Positions 9,390 to 18,248 of a DNA stretch of 64,000 nt are shown one piece after another (positions within the stretch are counted from its first letter, which is position 1; each line of letters starts with the position of its first letter). The notes under the pieces were generated by a model. That model was not told where the DNA came from, did not search any database, and saw only the letters and a program-made list of their open reading frames with translations. Origin of the DNA: a virus; the IMG/VR virus record IMGVR_UViG_3300009129_001089; one strand, given 5' to 3'. Position numbers and translations under genes: made by a program.

Positions 9390-9525
9390 TTACTTTTTGT
9401 TTTGCAATTTCAAAATATTCTTGTTGTCTACGAGTATGTTCTTTTTGACATAATTCTAAAACTTCTCTTAATTTTTCATCGCTTAACACTCTTATTTGGG
9501 TTTCGGTTATTGGAAAATCTATCAT
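9364..9525 (-). CDS. Small hypothetical protein (53 aa)
   Basis: Hand-read ORF MIDFPITETQIRVLSDEKLREVLELC..., starting at an ATGA overlap with the upstream stop. Confidence 0.5.
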   Translation of the reverse strand: MIDFPITETQIRVLSDEKLREVLELCQKEHTRRQQEYFEIAKQKVNDTSNIST

Positions 9526-9767
9526 AGCCATTTAAGTTTAAATAGTACTTTTAATTTTGGATTTGTAATATCTGCATATATATAAAATTTCATCAAATGT
9601 TCTTGTGGACTATACATTTGAACATATCGATAATCTTTATCGTATTTAAATTTTGTATTATCAAACCAAATTCGATATTTTTCTAATAGTTTACTTGCCT
9701 TTGCTTGATGCCAAGGTTCATCATCTGCATTATCAGAGCATATAAAACTAACTAACTTCCGGCGCAC
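9522..9767 (-). CDS. Hypothetical protein
   Basis: ORF track; operon tiling. Confidence 0.55.
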   Translation of the reverse strand: MRRKLVSFICSDNADDEPWHQAKASKLLEKYRIWFDNTKFKYDKDYRYVQMYSPQEHLMKFYIYADITNPKLKVLFKLKWL

Positions 9768-9999
9768 CTAATAATCCTACTAAGTCAGGATATCCGCCTT
9801 TTAAATATTTCCCTTCATATATAATCTGTGGAAATATTTTATATGGTCCGATTTTATTATAGAGGTCCCTTGGTGTTAAATCTTCTCCTACAGTTTGCAT
9901 AGTAAATTCTATGTTATTCTGCTCAAACAATTCTTTTGCCTTATTACAATATGAACAATCTGGTATTTTTACATGTGTGTATAATATTGTTTCACTCAT
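9748..9999 (-). CDS. Glutaredoxin
   Basis: CSYC, FPQI, GGY. Confidence 0.85.
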   Translation of the reverse strand: MSETILYTHVKIPDCSYCNKAKELFEQNNIEFTMQTVGEDLTPRDLYNKIGPYKIFPQIIYEGKYLKGGYPDLVGLLGAPEVS

Positions 10000-11155
10000 T
10001 TTCTCTCACTATTTTGTTTATGTTTTCTTCAAAATTATCTAAATTAAATACAGGACTTGCATTATATATGCTAGTCAGGGGTCGTTTAGTTAAATCTTTA
10101 CTTTTTGTGTGCCATAGATGTTTTGCCGCACCGATTGCAATTCCAGCATCATCGGCAACAGGTTCTATGAATATATTTACATCTGGCGGAAGTTCTTGTG
10201 TGTATCTAAAATTTGCCAAACAATTCAATGCATAACCACCACTAAAACAAATATTCTTGCAAGCATCAAAATCACAATGATCAAATACAAAATTTAAAAC
10301 TGCATCTTCACTTTCTTTTTGCATTTTTTTGGCTAAATTTGCATAGTCATGATATTTGTCTTTTATATCTCGCATTTGTCCTCTCTCTAAAAAAGGCACA
10401 TCTTTTATAATTTCGTTTAAAGTAAAATCTATTTCAGGTTTAATTTCATATCTAAAATTTTCTCCTAATTTTCCTTCGTCTTTAGTTGGCATTCTATTAT
10501 ATTCATTAAATGATATTGTGCAACCAAAACTATCATTATATCGTGAAGGAACCCATATATTAAAAAAAGGAGGTAAACTTTCATCTATAGTACCATATGC
10601 ACTTAGCCCCATAAGTTTACCATTTTCTAACTCGTCTTCTCCTATTAAATTTGTTATAATAGAATATAATCTAGTTATACCAAACCAATGAGAAGGGTTA
10701 TGTGCTATGCGATTAAAATTAGCAGGATACGATGTTTCAAATATAGTTTCTGTTTCTCTACCTACAAAACTATCTTGTTCTTCTCTATAATCTATTGAAC
10801 CTTGGGAATCGACTACAACAGAATATGCTTCGTCAAACCCTGAATCATAAAAAGCAAGAGAAGCATGACATAAATGATGTTGTCCTGCATAATCTATTGC
10901 TTCTGTTTCTGCCATTTTTTCTGCAAATATTTTCCAGAAATTAGTAGAAAATAATTCTGCAATATCTTCTGTAGGTGATGAATAAGCAACGGCATCTAGT
11001 TTACCTAAGGATAAACAATGTAATGCGGCTTTCATAGGGTTAGCATCTCGTTTCGTATTAGACAACGATTCTTCTTTAATATAAGATTCGATTTCGCCGT
11101 TATTTAATACTACTGCCTGTGAATCATGTGCAACACCTAATCCTAAAATTCTCAT
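9992..11155 (-). CDS. Carbamoyltransferase N-terminal (Kae1-like) domain, NodU/CmcH family
   Basis: ILG..AHDS, HHLCHA, VVDSQG, GKLMGLSAYG, SGGYALNCLAN, DDAGIAIGAA. Confidence 0.88.
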   Translation of the reverse strand: MRILGLGVAHDSQAVVLNNGEIESYIKEESLSNTKRDANPMKAALHCLSLGKLDAVAYSSPTEDIAELFSTNFWKIFAEKMAETEAIDYAGQHHLCHASLAFYDSGFDEAYSVVVDSQGSIDYREEQDSFVGRETETIFETSYPANFNRIAHNPSHWFGITRLYSIITNLIGEDELENGKLMGLSAYGTIDESLPPFFNIWVPSRYNDSFGCTISFNEYNRMPTKDEGKLGENFRYEIKPEIDFTLNEIIKDVPFLERGQMRDIKDKYHDYANLAKKMQKESEDAVLNFVFDHCDFDACKNICFSGGYALNCLANFRYTQELPPDVNIFIEPVADDAGIAIGAAKHLWHTKSKDLTKRPLTSIYNASPVFNLDNFEENINKIVRENE

Positions 11156-11703
11156 ACTACTGCCTTTTCTATTTCAGGAAACCAAACAAAATCTAATTTA
11201 CTATCTAAAAAAACCTCAATTGCTTTTGCAGGGTTAAACACAATTGGTTGACCGGCTAGATTAAAACTAGTATTGAGTATTAAAGGTATACTAGTCTGAT
11301 TATAAAATTCATTAATTAAATCATAGTATAAAGGATTTTGATCCCTATTAACAGTTTGCAATCTACAAGTACCGTCAACATGTATCACTGCTGGTATTTT
11401 TTCCCATTTGTCTTCCTTTACTGGAACAGCATAACTCATAAAAGGCGAGGATTTAAGTCTACCCATTTCAAACCATTCGTGTGCATATTCTTCTAATATA
11501 CTACATGCAAATGGTCTGTACCATTCTCTATTTTTAACTTCATTAACTCTATCTTTACCATCTTCCATTCTAGGATCAGCAATAATAGATCTATTACCTA
11601 ATGCTCTAGGTCCTAATTCTAATTTACCTTGAAAAATAGCACCTATTTCTTTATTAATTAATTTACTTACTATATCTTTAATAGTACATCTTAATGTTTC
11701 CAT
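11152..11703 (-). CDS. Carbamoyltransferase C-terminal (YrdC-like) domain
   Basis: ELGPRALGNRSI, KNREWYRPFA, HVDGTCRLQTV, LNTSFNLAGQP. Confidence 0.9.
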   Translation of the reverse strand: METLRCTIKDIVSKLINKEIGAIFQGKLELGPRALGNRSIIADPRMEDGKDRVNEVKNREWYRPFACSILEEYAHEWFEMGRLKSSPFMSYAVPVKEDKWEKIPAVIHVDGTCRLQTVNRDQNPLYYDLINEFYNQTSIPLILNTSFNLAGQPIVFNPAKAIEVFLDSKLDFVWFPEIEKAVV

Positions 11704-12524
11704 TAGGATCCTAACATGCCATCTTCCATATTTTGATCTCTTTTGGCTTGCTCTAATTCCTCTTGTTCTTTATGAGCAATAGAATCTTTATTTGGATCAA
11801 AATTAATATAATCTGCATTTTCTCTAGTCCACTTTGCATCTTCTAATGCTCCCGCTCTAAGTAATTCTTCAAAAGGTACAGGGTCTCCTTCTTGCTCGAT
11901 CCGTTCTGCCGTTGGTACATCATAATACCAACGAGTTTCGTCAGGCGGGTCTTGTCGTCTTCCGGTAGATATTAAATATTTGTAAACATTGTCCCAATGA
12001 GTTACTTTATAAGGATCTACATCGTGTGCAACATTGTCTTCTTTTCCGTCTTCAACAAAAAGTTGTTCGACAGTATTATTTTCAACTACCATTGCATAAC
12101 GCCATGATCTTTTGCCGTATCCCATATTTGATTTATCTACTAACATGCCAATTTTTTCTGTAAATTCTCCATTACCATCTGCTATCCAATCTACTTTAAT
12201 AACAAAATGGGCCCATAACCAAGATTGCATACAGAAACTATCATTTACGCCAATAAAATATATATTTTCTATATCTTTTGTATACATCATATCAAATTGC
12301 CCATCATACATTTGCATTTGATGTGTACAATTGTCTGTCCATGCTCCAGGAATGCCTACTATTACGCATCTATCTTTGAACATTTTTTCAGAATTCCACT
12401 TTTGCCAAAGTCGCGGTGGTGCTTTATCCCATGCCGCGGCATGTCCAATAGGACCATTAACTCCTACTTCTCTTCTATACATGTCCCAAGTAATAATAGG
12501 AAGTGTGTCGCCTTCTTTAATCAT
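11703..12524 (-). CDS. Peroxiredoxin (Prx5/redoxin-like) with C-terminal extension
   Basis: PGAWTDNCT, VNDSF, ADGNGEFT, RSWRYAMVV. Confidence 0.8.
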   Translation of the reverse strand: MIKEGDTLPIITWDMYRREVGVNGPIGHAAAWDKAPPRLWQKWNSEKMFKDRCVIVGIPGAWTDNCTHQMQMYDGQFDMMYTKDIENIYFIGVNDSFCMQSWLWAHFVIKVDWIADGNGEFTEKIGMLVDKSNMGYGKRSWRYAMVVENNTVEQLFVEDGKEDNVAHDVDPYKVTHWDNVYKYLISTGRRQDPPDETRWYYDVPTAERIEQEGDPVPFEELLRAGALEDAKWTRENADYINFDPNKDSIAHKEQEELEQAKRDQNMEDGMLGS

Positions 12525-12535
12525 AAAATATCTCC

Positions 12536-14170
12536 TTAATGTCGATTATAAACATAATCTAATAATTCTTTATGTGTAATTGCATTTTCTGCAACTTCGT
12601 TTTTTATTTCTGTACACGTATCATAAACTAGTTTACCTATTTTATCTAACTTAAAATTATGTAACTCTCTTTGAGCATTATGAGCTCCTGCTAATCCTGA
12701 TCTTTTACCTACTGTTGCCCATGAACCAATTCCAAAAGGTTTTGAAGGATCTGACAAATATTCGTAACCTCTAGGAGGCCGATGGGCCCATGTCCATATT
12801 TTTTCTTTAAGGGATTCGGATATATTATCATCATTTTTAAAATATTTCCAATAGTCTGAATCCTGCCTTTTTTGAAGATGGCAAAAACAAATATAATCTC
12901 TTGTATGTTCAAATGCACTATTTACTGTATCATTATAATGGTTTACGTCTCGCCCTTCAAATTCCATTGCTTTATTAAACATCGGAAAAAATACTTGTGT
13001 TAAAAATCCTAAGGATAAAATTAATGCACTACCATCTAATGGTTCTAAAAATCCTTCCGATAATCCTACTGCCATACAATTTTTAACCCATGATCGTTTG
13101 TATCTACCTGGTGTCCACGATAATTGCTTACCTATTGAAGGATTGTACCCTTTATTATTCCAATGTTCTAATTGTTCTTTTTGAATTGTTTCTTTGTCAA
13201 CAAATTTATCTGAATAAACATACCCTGTTCCAATTCTATCTCGTAAAGGTATTTTAAACATCCATCCGTATTTTTGTGCATCCAGTATTGTAAAAACATT
13301 AGGATCTTCTCCTTCTTTATATTTTACACCACCATCAATTAGTGATACAGAATTTTGTGGAATATAGTTTGAATAATCTATCCATTCTTCGTTGAATATA
13401 TCGCCTAAAATTAATCGTCTAAATCCAGTACAATCAAAAAAGAAATCACCTTTTATTTTTCTTCCAGTATCTAATTTTAATTCTGTTAAATTTCCTGTTT
13501 TTCTATTTTGCTTCCAATTTACTACTTTACCATCTATTACTGTTATCTGTCGTTGGTTACATATTTTCTTTAAAAAATCTACAGATAAATTAGCATCCAT
13601 ATGCATACCCATTGTAGCAGAAAGGTCTTGGCCTAACATGCTTTCTAAACGAAGATTGCCTTCTTTTATTTTTTGGATTTGGGGTCTCCCATTTTCTTGT
13701 GTTATAAAAGGTACTTTATTTTCTAAAACTAAATTATCAAATCCATATTCGTTACAATCTTTATTAGCAAGATAGTACAAAATATCAAGACCCAAATCTA
13801 AATAAGGATTATAAAAATCAAAATTATTTGTTCGTGTATGTTCTATTTTTAAATCTAACATAACAGATAGTGCATGAAGCATATGATGGTATGATTCTCC
13901 TTCATAATTCCAATTGTCAAACCTTGCACTCATTTTAAATGTTCCGTTTGATTCTTTCATAAATTTATAAGGATCTATTCCTACTCTGTTTAGAAGTATT
14001 GGAACATTTTGAGCAGTCGATTCACCGACACCAATTGTACCTATACTAGAAGATTCTATAACTGTAACAGTTAACTCTGGCCATAAATTTGTACCAAACG
14101 CATATCTAACCAATAATGCTGTCATATATCCGGAAAACCCTCCGCCTACAATTACTATATCTTTTATCAT
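12536..14170 (-). CDS. Flavin-dependent (tryptophan) halogenase-like protein
   Basis: GGGFSG, IGVGEST, TFK, DCTGF, GWMFKIP, GFLEPLD. Confidence 0.85.
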   Translation of the reverse strand: MIKDIVIVGGGFSGYMTALLVRYAFGTNLWPELTVTVIESSSIGTIGVGESTAQNVPILLNRVGIDPYKFMKESNGTFKMSARFDNWNYEGESYHHMLHALSVMLDLKIEHTRTNNFDFYNPYLDLGLDILYYLANKDCNEYGFDNLVLENKVPFITQENGRPQIQKIKEGNLRLESMLGQDLSATMGMHMDANLSVDFLKKICNQRQITVIDGKVVNWKQNRKTGNLTELKLDTGRKIKGDFFFDCTGFRRLILGDIFNEEWIDYSNYIPQNSVSLIDGGVKYKEGEDPNVFTILDAQKYGWMFKIPLRDRIGTGYVYSDKFVDKETIQKEQLEHWNNKGYNPSIGKQLSWTPGRYKRSWVKNCMAVGLSEGFLEPLDGSALILSLGFLTQVFFPMFNKAMEFEGRDVNHYNDTVNSAFEHTRDYICFCHLQKRQDSDYWKYFKNDDNISESLKEKIWTWAHRPPRGYEYLSDPSKPFGIGSWATVGKRSGLAGAHNAQRELHNFKLDKIGKLVYDTCTEIKNEVAENAITHKELLDYVYNRH

Positions 14171-15021
14171 CTTAATTCTTCTATTGCTATTTTAATTTCA
14201 TCAAAAGGAATGTTGTCTATACCTTCGGAAAAACAACATGTATGATCTTTGTGACTTGTTAAACAAGGTGAACAATGTCTTTTGTTATATAAGTTTATAT
14301 TTTGTTCCCAGCCATATTGTTTAGGATCATTTGCTCCCCAAAGAAATAATCCTTTTTTCTTAAAAACTCTAGATGCATGATTTAAAAAATTATCACATCC
14401 TATTACAAATGTTGCCATAGGAATAGATGATAATGCTTGTCTAATAGATATCTGATCCATTAAATTAATTACATTATCTCGTTCTTCAAATTCTAAATCA
14501 TAATCTTTAGATCCTATTTGTAAAAATACAATATCTTTATATGTATCAAAAATTTGTTCCCAAACTTTTTTATTAATTGTTTTTCCTGACATTAATTGTT
14601 CATTTTTAGGTGCAGAAAAAACTACTGATGTTGTAAAATCTTTAAAAATATCATCTGGTAATTTATCATTATCTAATAATATTTCCATATCATTAGGTGA
14701 AGCCTCAACATTATATAATTCGCTCCGTTGTTGAAATAATCCTTTTTGTTTTGTGAAGAATGCCCAACTTAAAAGACCAGTGATACATATATGTTTATCA
14801 TATGCATTTTTAAGTTGATCACTAATATTTATATGGTTATAATTTTTTGGTGCAGGAATTATAGTTTTTAAATAACTTGCACTATAAAATATTTCAGCAT
14901 TATCAAAATACGTAAATAAATCTATTTCATATTTGGGATGTTTTTCTTTTAACTTTTTAATAAATGCAGTATCTATTATTGCATCACCTAATCCGCCGTT
15001 ATGCTCAATGAGTAACTTCAT
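14167..15021 (-). CDS. Glycosyltransferase family 9-like
   Basis: GGLGD, QIG, GCDNFLNHAS, LWG, C-terminal CSPC. Confidence 0.78.
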   Translation of the reverse strand: MKLLIEHNGGLGDAIIDTAFIKKLKEKHPKYEIDLFTYFDNAEIFYSASYLKTIIPAPKNYNHINISDQLKNAYDKHICITGLLSWAFFTKQKGLFQQRSELYNVEASPNDMEILLDNDKLPDDIFKDFTTSVVFSAPKNEQLMSGKTINKKVWEQIFDTYKDIVFLQIGSKDYDLEFEERDNVINLMDQISIRQALSSIPMATFVIGCDNFLNHASRVFKKKGLFLWGANDPKQYGWEQNINLYNKRHCSPCLTSHKDHTCCFSEGIDNIPFDEIKIAIEELR

Positions 15022-15343
15022 ATTGGTCTAATTCTTTAGGTCTTTCATCCGAAACAGCCAATATATCGTTTTCATCTATCATGCGAATATCTTGAACAAA
15101 TGTATCTGTTTCTTTATCATGAACTGTAGCGGCCCATGTCCATCTTCCATGAGAAACTAAAATATACTGTCCTGGAACAACATCTTTTTGCTCTGGACCA
15201 ATTGCTCGTACTATAAACCATCTAGGTCTAATACCTTCTTCTTTACCGTCATCATCTAATAACTGAATTCCGCTGTCAGTTGTTCTTGCTCCAATTTCAC
15301 AAGAACTTGCTAATACTCTACTTTTTAGTGGTTTTACTTGCAT
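15005..15343 (-). CDS. groES: Co-chaperonin GroES-like
   Basis: VKPLKSRV, TDSGI.L, VRAIGP, ENDILAV. Confidence 0.82.
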   Translation of the reverse strand: MQVKPLKSRVLASSCEIGARTTDSGIQLLDDDGKEEGIRPRWFIVRAIGPEQKDVVPGQYILVSHGRWTWAATVHDKETDTFVQDIRMIDENDILAVSDERPKELDQYEVTH

Positions 15344-15710
15344 GTAACTCCTTTTCTTCTATTGAACCATCTGAGTATTCGTACTCTACAAACTCTTTGC
15401 CGTCACGTGTAAATTTACGTTCAGCAATTATTTCCCATTCTTTTTCTTCTATTACAGTTTGTTTTTTTGTTTTTGTACCAGTGATTTTTTCTTCTAAATC
15501 ATCTAGTGTTTTAACTTCTTCTTTAGGTGCAGTTAGTTTTTCTTTATAAAATTCTTTTTGCACTTCTTGGGCAGGTACTTCTATTTCGCCACCAGGACCA
15601 AGAATATCTCCTCTAGCATTCATAGGTATGTTACTAACGGCAACAGAAGTATCATTGGCTGCAATTAATGCGGCCATATTAATTTCTTTTCCCCTTGCTG
15701 TTTTTGTCAT
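15318..15710 (-). CDS. Hypothetical phage protein
   Basis: KTARGKEINM...NARGDILGPGG; operon tiling. Confidence 0.65.
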   Translation of the reverse strand: MTKTARGKEINMAALIAANDTSVAVSNIPMNARGDILGPGGEIEVPAQEVQKEFYKEKLTAPKEEVKTLDDLEEKITGTKTKKQTVIEEKEWEIIAERKFTRDGKEFVEYEYSDGSIEEKELHASKTTKK

Positions 15711-16231
15711 TTTAAAAACTCCTTTATGTTTAAGTCATGGTGTAAACTATTTACTTTATGCACACCTAACAGATATAAACAATAACTAGCAACAGAACTA
15801 CCTCTGCCTACACCCCAAACTATGTTATTTTCTCGCATAAAGTCTACAAAAAATATCATAAAACGTAATACATTTTTCATATTGCGTTCTTCAAACATTT
15901 GTATTTCTAATTCTACTCTATCTATTTCTTTTTGTGTTTTTGTTAATTCACGTATGTAATTATAAGGATTTATATTTTTATATTTGTCCGGTATGAACCA
16001 ATTGTCTAAACACTTTTGTATATATGCTTTTTTATCTTCGGTACTGCTTGTGAATTGCAGTTTAGGCATATCCAAATCATAATTATCTATTATACTATTA
16101 TATATCTCTAAATCTTCCGAGCGTTTACACTTAACATTTGTTAAATCAGACCCTTGATATAATAAGTCAAAAACTGCTTTATCATCGAGTATAATCTCGC
16201 CGTTATTATCTATATAATTGTCGTACCACAT
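15707..16231 (-). CDS. DnaE (family C polymerase) N-terminal palm fragment
   Basis: RVELE...VDFMRENNIVWGVGRGSSVASYCLYLLGVHKVNSLHHDLNIKEFLK aligns with DnaE RL..E...[34 protein letters not shown]. Confidence 0.85.
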   Translation of the reverse strand: MWYDNYIDNNGEIILDDKAVFDLLYQGSDLTNVKCKRSEDLEIYNSIIDNYDLDMPKLQFTSSTEDKKAYIQKCLDNWFIPDKYKNINPYNYIRELTKTQKEIDRVELEIQMFEERNMKNVLRFMIFFVDFMRENNIVWGVGRGSSVASYCLYLLGVHKVNSLHHDLNIKEFLK

Positions 16232-16458
16232 TAGCCTATTGATAATGAATCGTTATAATCTTCAGAAGATTCTAATTCTTTACGTAAACTTTCTTCAGAT
16301 TTTTCTTTGATTAATAATTCGATTTGATTAAGAATACCGGTTACTTGATCTCTAACTCTTAAGTTATTAATACCCATAAGTTTTTTTGTTAGTTCGGTTT
16401 TCTTTTCAGCAAGTTGCTCTACTGTTAGATTTGAAAAGTCTACAAAAGGATTAAACAT
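16231..16458 (-). CDS. Hypothetical protein
   Basis: ORF track; operon tiling. Confidence 0.6.
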   Translation of the reverse strand: MFNPFVDFSNLTVEQLAEKKTELTKKLMGINNLRVRDQVTGILNQIELLIKEKSEESLRKELESSEDYNDSLSIG

Positions 16459-16738
16459 TTTTAACTTTATTATGGTGCTCTTGCAATTCTTTATGTTTAT
16501 TCATTGAAGTAACTGCTAAAATCGCCCCAAACGATATGTGAAATATGGCACCTGCACCTAGTGTTAGAGGTTCCCACCTAGTTACACCTTCGGCCGCACA
16601 ATCGTGATTTGCACAATGTTCGGCCATTGCTAAATTCCACATTAAAGGAGCAATAAAAAAATCAATCAGGCAAAGAAACAAATAAACTAAACCTGCCCAA
16701 TCTCTCCAATGTCTATTAATGGTTTTGTTAATACCCAT
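16451..16738 (-). CDS. Small membrane protein, holin-like
   Basis: Two hydrophobic segments (WAGLVYLFLCLIDFFIAP; LTLGAGAIFHISFGAILAV) and a basic C-terminus. Confidence 0.5.
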   Translation of the reverse strand: MGINKTINRHWRDWAGLVYLFLCLIDFFIAPLMWNLAMAEHCANHDCAAEGVTRWEPLTLGAGAIFHISFGAILAVTSMNKHKELQEHHNKVKNV

Positions 16739-16752
16739 ATTACCTCTATTTT

Positions 16753-16989
16753 TTATCCATAGGGCCTTTTTTCCTTATTTAATATTATATTATCTTCATC
16801 TACACATTGTCGATAAGGATGTTTATAGTCAGTATTCCACCCTGCTCTAGTACCTCTTTGTAGTCCCCATCGATTCTTTTCCCAATATCCATAACAACCA
16901 TCTCCATTTGAATTTGTGAAGGTTGTACAACTACTAATAACAAAAATCCATATTGTTATCATTATTAAACCCCATAATGATATTCTCAT
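16753..16989 (-). CDS. Putative lipoprotein
   Basis: Hydrophobic signal ending ISSC. Confidence 0.5.
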   Translation of the reverse strand: MRISLWGLIMITIWIFVISSCTTFTNSNGDGCYGYWEKNRWGLQRGTRAGWNTDYKHPYRQCVDEDNIILNKEKRPYG

Positions 16990-17118
16990 AGTTTTGTTTA
17001 TACCTTATAACTTAATTTGCATTAATGCTTTTTCTTTTATTTGACTATTTTTTTCCTTTAGAATTTAAATTTTTTCTTTAATTTCTTTGGCCATGATAAT
17101 TTCCTATCTATATATCAT

Positions 17119-17835
17119 TTATTCGTCCTCCACGGGACGGGTTATTTCAAACATGCTACATTCCCATCCTTTTCCGGTGGTGTCACCACCCATATTGTCT
17201 AATTCAGTTGGATCTTTAGGATCATCATCAGGCATAATATAACTAATGCTATTCAAAAAATCGTTCCCATCTAGATCAATTGTATTGAACACCAATCGTC
17301 TTTCATCAAATTTGTGTCCATCGGGCAGTTCAAATTCGCAATCAATAAAGCCACCTTTTTCACTGCTATATGCAGTAAAATAATGACCGGGATCGTAACA
17401 GTAATTGTTACCTTCACTGGTATAGACTTCTCGTTCTTCACGAATCATTTCGTCTTCGAGCCAATAGTCTTTACCTATATCTTCAAAAGCATTTTCTTCT
17501 GCGTCTTCATATTTATCTCTAATAGCATATGCATTATCATAATTAATTGTCTCTTCTTGCCCTGGTACTTCTATATCTATATATGAGCTTTCTAAATCGC
17601 ATCCATAACAATGTTCAACATTATCACATTCATACCAACCTTCTCCATTTAAAAAATCCATATCTTCAGGAATACGATTTTCTTCTACATAATCAAATGC
17701 ATCCCAACAATATTTTTCTAATTCTTCGTCACCTAATGCTTTCCAATATTCATGTTGTTCTTCGGTAATTTTACCTAATACAAATTCTCCGCCGTATCCT
17801 CCAATGTAAATTTTAATTGTATTTTTTTCACTCAT
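17119..17835 (-). CDS. Acidic hypothetical protein
   Basis: Very D/E-rich; GGYGGE and SSEKGGF motifs. Confidence 0.7.
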   Translation of the reverse strand: MSEKNTIKIYIGGYGGEFVLGKITEEQHEYWKALGDEELEKYCWDAFDYVEENRIPEDMDFLNGEGWYECDNVEHCYGCDLESSYIDIEVPGQEETINYDNAYAIRDKYEDAEENAFEDIGKDYWLEDEMIREEREVYTSEGNNYCYDPGHYFTAYSSEKGGFIDCEFELPDGHKFDERRLVFNTIDLDGNDFLNSISYIMPDDDPKDPTELDNMGGDTTGKGWECSMFEITRPVEDE

Positions 17836-18248
17836 ACATCTCCGTCTAATCTATTTTCGCTACGTTCAGCGGTAAAATGTCCTTCAGGAAACCTTGCTTT
17901 AAGTTTATTCGCATTAATTTCTAATACTTCATTAGGATCAACATTTAATGCTGTACAAGCATTGGCCCAATACCATGCTACATCACCTAATTCTTTTATT
18001 AGTCTTGTGCGGATTCCCTCATCTAAAGTTTTTCCTTGGAACAAAACTTTTTTCACTACCTCAGTGAACTCACCGCCCTCTGATACTAAACCAAATGCGG
18101 CTGTTAATAGTCTTGGTATATTAATATTACCTTGTATATGTGCATCGGATGCTTCTAATTCTGCTAGTCTATGCAAAAAAGAAGTATACACTTTTGATTC
18201 GTCACTTGTAATAGAATCTACAAATTTTCGATATTCATCTAATTTCAT
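17832..18248 (-). CDS. MazG-like NTP pyrophosphohydrolase
   Basis: GLVSEGGEFTEVVKK, ELGDVAWY, N..KL.AR; start reassigned to the ATGA overlap with a GGAG RBS. Confidence 0.88.
   Translation of the reverse strand: MKLDEYRKFVDSITSDESKVYTSFLHRLAELEASDAHIQGNINIPRLLTAAFGLVSEGGEFTEVVKKVLFQGKTLDEGIRTRLIKELGDVAWYWANACTALNVDPNEVLEINANKLKARFPEGHFTAERSENRLDGDV

Noticed and set aside
15707-16231. Split-intein DnaE or pseudogene explanation
   Set aside because: Neither half has an intein N-terminal (C/S-start block) or C-terminal (HN + C/S/T) segment. Both frames are intact with complementary boundaries.
16451-16989. Holin plus lipoprotein as a lysis cassette
   Set aside because: There is no adjacent endolysin or i-spanin, and hydrophobicity alone is insufficient.
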